From: Candidatus Hecatella orcuttiae
Lineage (GTDB): Archaea; Thermoproteota; Bathyarchaeia; Hecatellales; Hecatellaceae
Length of the DNA stretch: 64,000 nucleotides
Direction of reading: 5' to 3'
Assembly (NCBI GenBank): GCA_002011035.2
Contig: MTLY02000003.1
Location: 1 to 64,000, forward strand
Shown: in pieces, positions 59,634 through 64,000 of the stretch
Layout: each line of letters begins with the position of its first letter
Position numbering within the stretch: the first letter of the stretch is position 1
Notes under the pieces: model-generated
Told to the model about the DNA's origin: nothing
Databases searched by the model: none
Seen by the model: the letters and a program-made list of their open reading frames with translations, nothing else
Translations under genes and position numbers: made by a program

Positions 59634-60842
59634 GTGAAGTTCGTCCTAGTCATCGGAGACGGTATGGCTGACCGTCCTGTGGAAAAATTTGGGGGAAAAA
59701 CCCCCTTGGAGGCAGCCCACCATCCCCACATGGATGAAATCGCCTCCAAAGGAACCTGCGGGCTGCTTCAAACCATCCCCCCCAAGGCGGCCACAGGCTC
59801 TGAGGCGGCTACGCTTTCCCTTCTAGGCTACAACCCGGAGAAATACTCCTTGGGAAGGGGGCCCCTAGAAGCCTTGGCAGTCGGAGCGCCCCTAGGCTGG
59901 GATGACGTAGCCTTCCGGTGTAACCTCGTAACTGAGAGGGACGGAATCCTTGTAGACTACTCCGCCGGCCACATCACCACCGAGGAGGCTAGGGAGCTAA
60001 TCCAAGGCTTAAACCAGAAGCTCGGCCGAGGCGAGGTCGCCTTCTACCCTGGGCTTTCCTACCGGCATGTTCTCGTCCTCCGAGGGAGAAAATACTCCCC
60101 TGCAGTTCGCTGTTTTCCTCCCCACTCCTTTGTCGGCCACCCTGTTTCCACTCTTCCTGTTACCCCTCTTGCCGAGGAGGCTGAGGAGACAGCCCGGCTT
60201 CTCAACAGGCTCGCAGCTGAATCCAAAGCCCTCCTAACAAGCCACCCGGTGAACATGAGGAGGGCTGCGGAGGGCAAAAGCATGGGGAACATGGCCTGGT
60301 TCTGGGGTCCAGGTCGAAGGCCGCGTGTCCCCCTATTCCATGAGCTTCACGGCCTCCGGGGGGCGGTTATCTCGGCGGTGGACATCGTCAAAGGCATCGG
60401 ACTCTGCGCAGGCATGGAGTTGATAACCGTTCCCGGAGCCACAGGCTATTTTGACACCGACTACGAAGGGAAAGCAGACTACGCCCTCCGGGCTCTGGAG
60501 AAATATGACATGGTCATCGTCCATGTGGAGGCTCCGGATGAAGCAGGGCACCTAGGAGACTTCCACCTCAAAGTCAAGGCCATCGAAGACTTGGACAGGC
60601 GTCTTCTAGGCAGGCTGCTCAGCGGGCTTGAGGGCGACTACACCGTAGGCGTGGTAGCTGACCATGCCACTCCCGTGGAGGTGAGAACGCACACCCGCGA
60701 CCCCGTGCCCTTCGCCGTCTACCGCAAAGCCGAAGCCTCCTCCAAGCCGGCGAAGCGGTTCGACGAAGCCTCCGTCAAAAGCTTAGGGTTGCTGCTGGAG
60801 AGCGGAGAAGCTTTTATCCGCCTTTTTCTGGGCTTACCTTGA
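59634..60842 (+). CDS. apgM: Cofactor-independent phosphoglycerate mutase
   Basis: GDGMAD, GKTPLE, GSE.A, HVEAPDEAGH, DHATP, H..DPVP. Confidence 0.92.
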   Translation: MKFVLVIGDGMADRPVEKFGGKTPLEAAHHPHMDEIASKGTCGLLQTIPPKAATGSEAATLSLLGYNPEKYSLGRGPLEALAVGAPLGWDDVAFRCNLVTERDGILVDYSAGHITTEEARELIQGLNQKLGRGEVAFYPGLSYRHVLVLRGRKYSPAVRCFPPHSFVGHPVSTLPVTPLAEEAEETARLLNRLAAESKALLTSHPVNMRRAAEGKSMGNMAWFWGPGRRPRVPLFHELHGLRGAVISAVDIVKGIGLCAGMELITVPGATGYFDTDYEGKADYALRALEKYDMVIVHVEAPDEAGHLGDFHLKVKAIEDLDRRLLGRLLSGLEGDYTVGVVADHATPVEVRTHTRDPVPFAVYRKAEASSKPAKRFDEASVKSLGLLLESGEAFIRLFLGLP

Positions 60843-61020
60843 GGCTTCTAATCCAGTGCCGGAGGAGGATGAGGGTGGAAAGGGCAGCTGGAATGTAGAA
60901 GATGCCGGCCTCGAATTCCAAGGCAAACACGGGCCTCCCCAGAATTCTCATGAAATAGAGGACAGCGGCTACAGCCGCGAGAATCAAGGAGGATAAACCC
61001 CAGCCTCCAAAGTTTCCCAT
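60814..61020 (-). CDS. Small hypothetical membrane protein
   Basis: 68 aa, two hydrophobic segments, downstream of rpoK. Confidence 0.5.
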   Translation of the reverse strand: MGNFGGWGLSSLILAAVAAVLYFMRILGRPVFALEFEAGIFYIPAALSTLILLRHWIRSLKVSPEKGG

Positions 61021-61051
61021 CCGAAAACCAGCAACCTGAAAATATGCGTTA

Positions 61052-61384
61052 TCAGCCGCGTTTTTTAGGCTTTTCCCTTTCTTCAGCCTTCAACAGCTTC
61101 TCCAACGGTATGTCCACATAGGTGCCGTTGGGCAGCTTCCTCCGAATTGTGACGGGGAGAACTCCGGCTTCCAGCTCGTAGGCGGCGATCTCTATGGGCC
61201 TCTTAACATGGTCAGGCGGAGTTACAAGGACAGGGGCCCCTAGGGTTATCTGCAGAGCCCGAGCCCCAATGATTCTCGTCCGCTCAAACCTCGTCAGCCT
61301 AGGAGGCCCTATGATGGTCAAATCTCCCTCAGACCTCACTGTTTTCCCTCTCGGAGCCTTCCCTCCCTCCGTTTGGTCTGACAT
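61052..61384 (-). CDS. rpoK: DNA-directed RNA polymerase subunit K (Rpo6)
   Basis: LTRFE..RIIGARALQI..GAP, IA..EL....LP.TIRR. Confidence 0.95.
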   Translation of the reverse strand: MSDQTEGGKAPRGKTVRSEGDLTIIGPPRLTRFERTRIIGARALQITLGAPVLVTPPDHVKRPIEIAAYELEAGVLPVTIRRKLPNGTYVDIPLEKLLKAEEREKPKKRG

Positions 61385-61543
61385 GTCCTACAGAACACAG
61401 CCCCCTCTGAAGGGTTTTTCAAGAAAATACGAGCCCACGCTTCTGTTTAGAAAAAGATAGAAACATTTCACCTTGAGTTCACTCCAACAAGCTTGAAAAG
61501 GTGCTAAAAAGCTTAAAATTGCGGATTTATAAGTTTTACTCCC

Positions 61544-62806
61544 TCACGGCCTCTTCAGTTTTTCTTCAGCGCACTGAATCTCCGCATTGGGCAGTATGGC
61601 CACCCTAGGGTTGAGGGGGCAAGATGCCTTAATTTCCTCGAGGACCTCCTCCCAGCTGTTCAGCCACAGGGTGGAGGAAGGGTCCCCCACGGGCAGCAGG
61701 GGATGAGGAGTCTTATATTGAGAGAAAACTATCAGTCTGCCAAACTCCGGCCTTGAGGGCGCGCCGGCCCCAGGGGCAGTCTCCTTCTTTCCGAACATTC
61801 CATACAGGTAATGCGTCACCTGGCCTTCCGGTGTTTGGGCGATGATCACCATGACTCCGTTCTTCTTCACCGCATGCTTCCAGTTGGACAGAGCAAGGGT
61901 GGCTTCGTTGGCTTTAGCGTAGGTGTTGGCGACGACCACGTCGAACTTTCCTTCAAACCTCGTTGAATAGTGCTCCTTCGCCGCTTCTACTGCCTGTTTA
62001 AACGTTTCATGGACGTTTCCGGCAAAGATTTGGGCGCTGCCGCCGAATCCGTTGACGAGCACATCTATTTTCATATCCATGGCGGCTAGGTTCGCTGCTT
62101 CCTCTATGTCTTCTCTGACGGTGTTCCCTTTTAGAATCCCCCACAAGTTCCTTCTATCTACGGCGCCCATCCGCCTGCAGAGATTCACATGGTTGTGGTA
62201 GACAGCGGCATAGGAGGCGAGACCGGGGAGTATCATCTTCGCTCCCCCTCCATAGCCTGTCATGGGGTGAGGTGTCACGCAGCCTATCCCAATCCTCAGG
62301 TCGCAGCTTAGGTACTCCGCGTTTATCTCCAACTGGGTCCCCCAGCTGGTTTCCCCAACCCTTTCGCAGTTTGCAAAAGGATTATGATTGTACACAGGGT
62401 ATCTCTGCACAATCTCTTCCCCCAGCTTCTTGGCGAAATCATACCTGCAACGGGCGCCATGCAACCCTAGGCCCATGATGAACCTGATACGCTCGTCGGA
62501 TATTCCCGCCTTTTTTAGTTCCTCTAACACGTGGGGAACTATCTCATATGCACGGGTAGGCCTTGTCAAGTCGTCGACTACGATGACGGCTTCCCCTCTG
62601 CCCTCAGCAAGCTTTTCCAAGGGTTTACAGGCCCAAGGCTCCTTCAGCGCTCTTTTCACTTCACCTTCGCCGACGCTGGCTCTAGCGTAGCCGTTCATGG
62701 GCAGGAACTCCACATGCCAGTTTTCCGGGAAGCGGAGTTCAAGTTTTTCTCGGCCGAACCAAGCTAAAGCAGGAACCTCGTAGCTTTTGCCGTTCACCCC
62801 AGCCAC
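61544..62806 (-). CDS. LarA-family nickel-pincer-dependent epimerase/racemase
   Basis: DD.TRP, G.H, PH...G.GGG.K...PG, NH. Confidence 0.85.
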   Translation of the reverse strand: MAGVNGKSYEVPALAWFGREKLELRFPENWHVEFLPMNGYARASVGEGEVKRALKEPWACKPLEKLAEGRGEAVIVVDDLTRPTRAYEIVPHVLEELKKAGISDERIRFIMGLGLHGARCRYDFAKKLGEEIVQRYPVYNHNPFANCERVGETSWGTQLEINAEYLSCDLRIGIGCVTPHPMTGYGGGAKMILPGLASYAAVYHNHVNLCRRMGAVDRRNLWGILKGNTVREDIEEAANLAAMDMKIDVLVNGFGGSAQIFAGNVHETFKQAVEAAKEHYSTRFEGKFDVVVANTYAKANEATLALSNWKHAVKKNGVMVIIAQTPEGQVTHYLYGMFGKKETAPGAGAPSRPEFGRLIVFSQYKTPHPLLPVGDPSSTLWLNSWEEVLEEIKASCPLNPRVAILPNAEIQCAEEKLKRP

Positions 62807-63149
62807 CTCAACTTCCCATGGTGGAGAAAATTTTCAACTAGGCCATCAACCTTTGGAAGGCTGCAACCCGCTTTAAAGTTATAAGCTGGCTTAAAAATTA
62901 AACTCCTTCGAATGCCTGAGCACGGTGGTAAGCACGTTCCGCTAACCGGCTTCCGCTAGGAAGGCTGGCGTGGCTTGTTTCTGTAACTTAAATCTGTTTT
63001 AAGACACGGTGGAAATCTGCGGAATTTTTAGCTAAATTTTTTTATACTTTTTTATCAAAAAATTTAAATATGATCTGTCGCCCTATGCCTTTTGCGCACC
63101 AGCGCTGAGCCTGTCTCTTAACCTTTCACGTTGATCTGGGAGTTTGAAC

Positions 63150-64000
63150 ATGAGCAGACTGTACGGTTTAAGCCCTCCCTCAGAGCTTACGCCCAACGCC
63201 CTCAAGGTCTTGGAAAAAAGGTACCTTAAGAGGGATGAAGCCAACCGGGTGGTGGAAACCCCCCAAGACCTGTTTCTAAGGGTAGCTGAAAACGTGGCCT
63301 CCGCTGATAGGCTTTACGGGAAAACCGAGGACGAGGTTGAAAAGACAGCGGAAGGCTTCTACAAGATGATGGCGGGGTTGGAGTTTCTCCCCAACTCTCC
63401 CACGCTGATGAACGCCGGGAGGGAGCTTCAGCAACTCTCCGCCTGCTTCGTCCTCCCGGTGGAGGATTCCATTGAAAGCATCTTTGAAACCATAAAGCAC
63501 ACAGCCCTCATCCACAAGTCCGGCGGGGGGACGGGTTTCTCCTTCTCCCGGCTTAGGCCGAAAAACGATGTGGTCAAGTCTACTAAGGGTGTTTCCAGCG
63601 GCCCTGTTTCCTTCATGACCGTCTACGACGCAGCCACCGAGGCCATCAAGCAGGGAGGGACCCGGCGGGGAGCCAACATGGGCATCCTGAGGGTGGATCA
63701 CCCTGACATCCTAGAGTTCATTACCTGCAAAAAAGGCGGGGATAAGCTGAATAATTTTAACATATCCGTGGCAGTTACCGAGAGCTTCATGGAGGCGGCG
63801 GAGAAGGGGGAAGAATACGACCTCATCAACCCTAGGACCGGCGAGGTGACGGGAAGGCTTCGAGCCGACATGGTTCTCAACCTCATGGCCGAGATGACCC
63901 ATCAAAACGGGGACCCTGGACTGGTTTTTCTGGACAGGGTTAACAGGGACAATCCCACCCCTGAGCTTGGGCCCATTGAAAGCACCAACCCCTGCGGGGA
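63150..64000 (+). CDS. nrdJ: Class II (adenosylcobalamin-dependent) ribonucleotide reductase, N-terminal part (truncated by window end)
   Basis: [53 protein letters not shown]. Confidence 0.93.
   Translation, partial: MSRLYGLSPPSELTPNALKVLEKRYLKRDEANRVVETPQDLFLRVAENVASADRLYGKTEDEVEKTAEGFYKMMAGLEFLPNSPTLMNAGRELQQLSACFVLPVEDSIESIFETIKHTALIHKSGGGTGFSFSRLRPKNDVVKSTKGVSSGPVSFMTVYDAATEAIKQGGTRRGANMGILRVDHPDILEFITCKKGGDKLNNFNISVAVTESFMEAAEKGEEYDLINPRTGEVTGRLRADMVLNLMAEMTHQNGDPGLVFLDRVNRDNPTPELGPIESTNPCG

Noticed and set aside
63150-64000. Intein in nrdJ
   Set aside because: The visible part is collinear with intein-free class II RNR motifs up to TNPCG; the remainder is outside the window

Overview
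Archaeal chromosomal window, mostly GC-rich. The 16S 3' end and the tRNA-free 16S-23S spacer suggest a TACK lineage, plausibly Bathyarchaeia (inference). It opens with the 3' half of 16S rRNA and a 23S rRNA interrupted at E. coli-equivalent position L1923 by a group I intron carrying a single-motif LAGLIDADG homing endonuclease. The RNase P RNA gene follows immediately. Other RNAs are an initiator tRNA-Met and an unannotated C/D-box guide sRNA whose D' guide matches the 16S in this same window. Protein content includes housekeeping genes (tsr3, nnr, tiaS, aIF-1A, DEAD helicase, pit/phoU, leuABCD-ilvC-ilvN, atpE/H, EndoQ, Alba, Sec61beta, iscSU, pyrE, apgM, rpoK, partial nrdJ) and a Tat-exported molybdopterin CISM-type respiratory operon with an atypical FS0 motif. 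The leucine cluster is interleaved with defence genes (GmrSD-like, Type IIG RM, VapBC) and contains a diverged duplicate of the leuD 3' end. Several non-canonical paralogs occur: a LarA lacking cofactor residues, an atypical PII, a MoxR-VWA fusion and an amber-interrupted PK_C-like gene. All calls are by eye from motifs; no database search was run.
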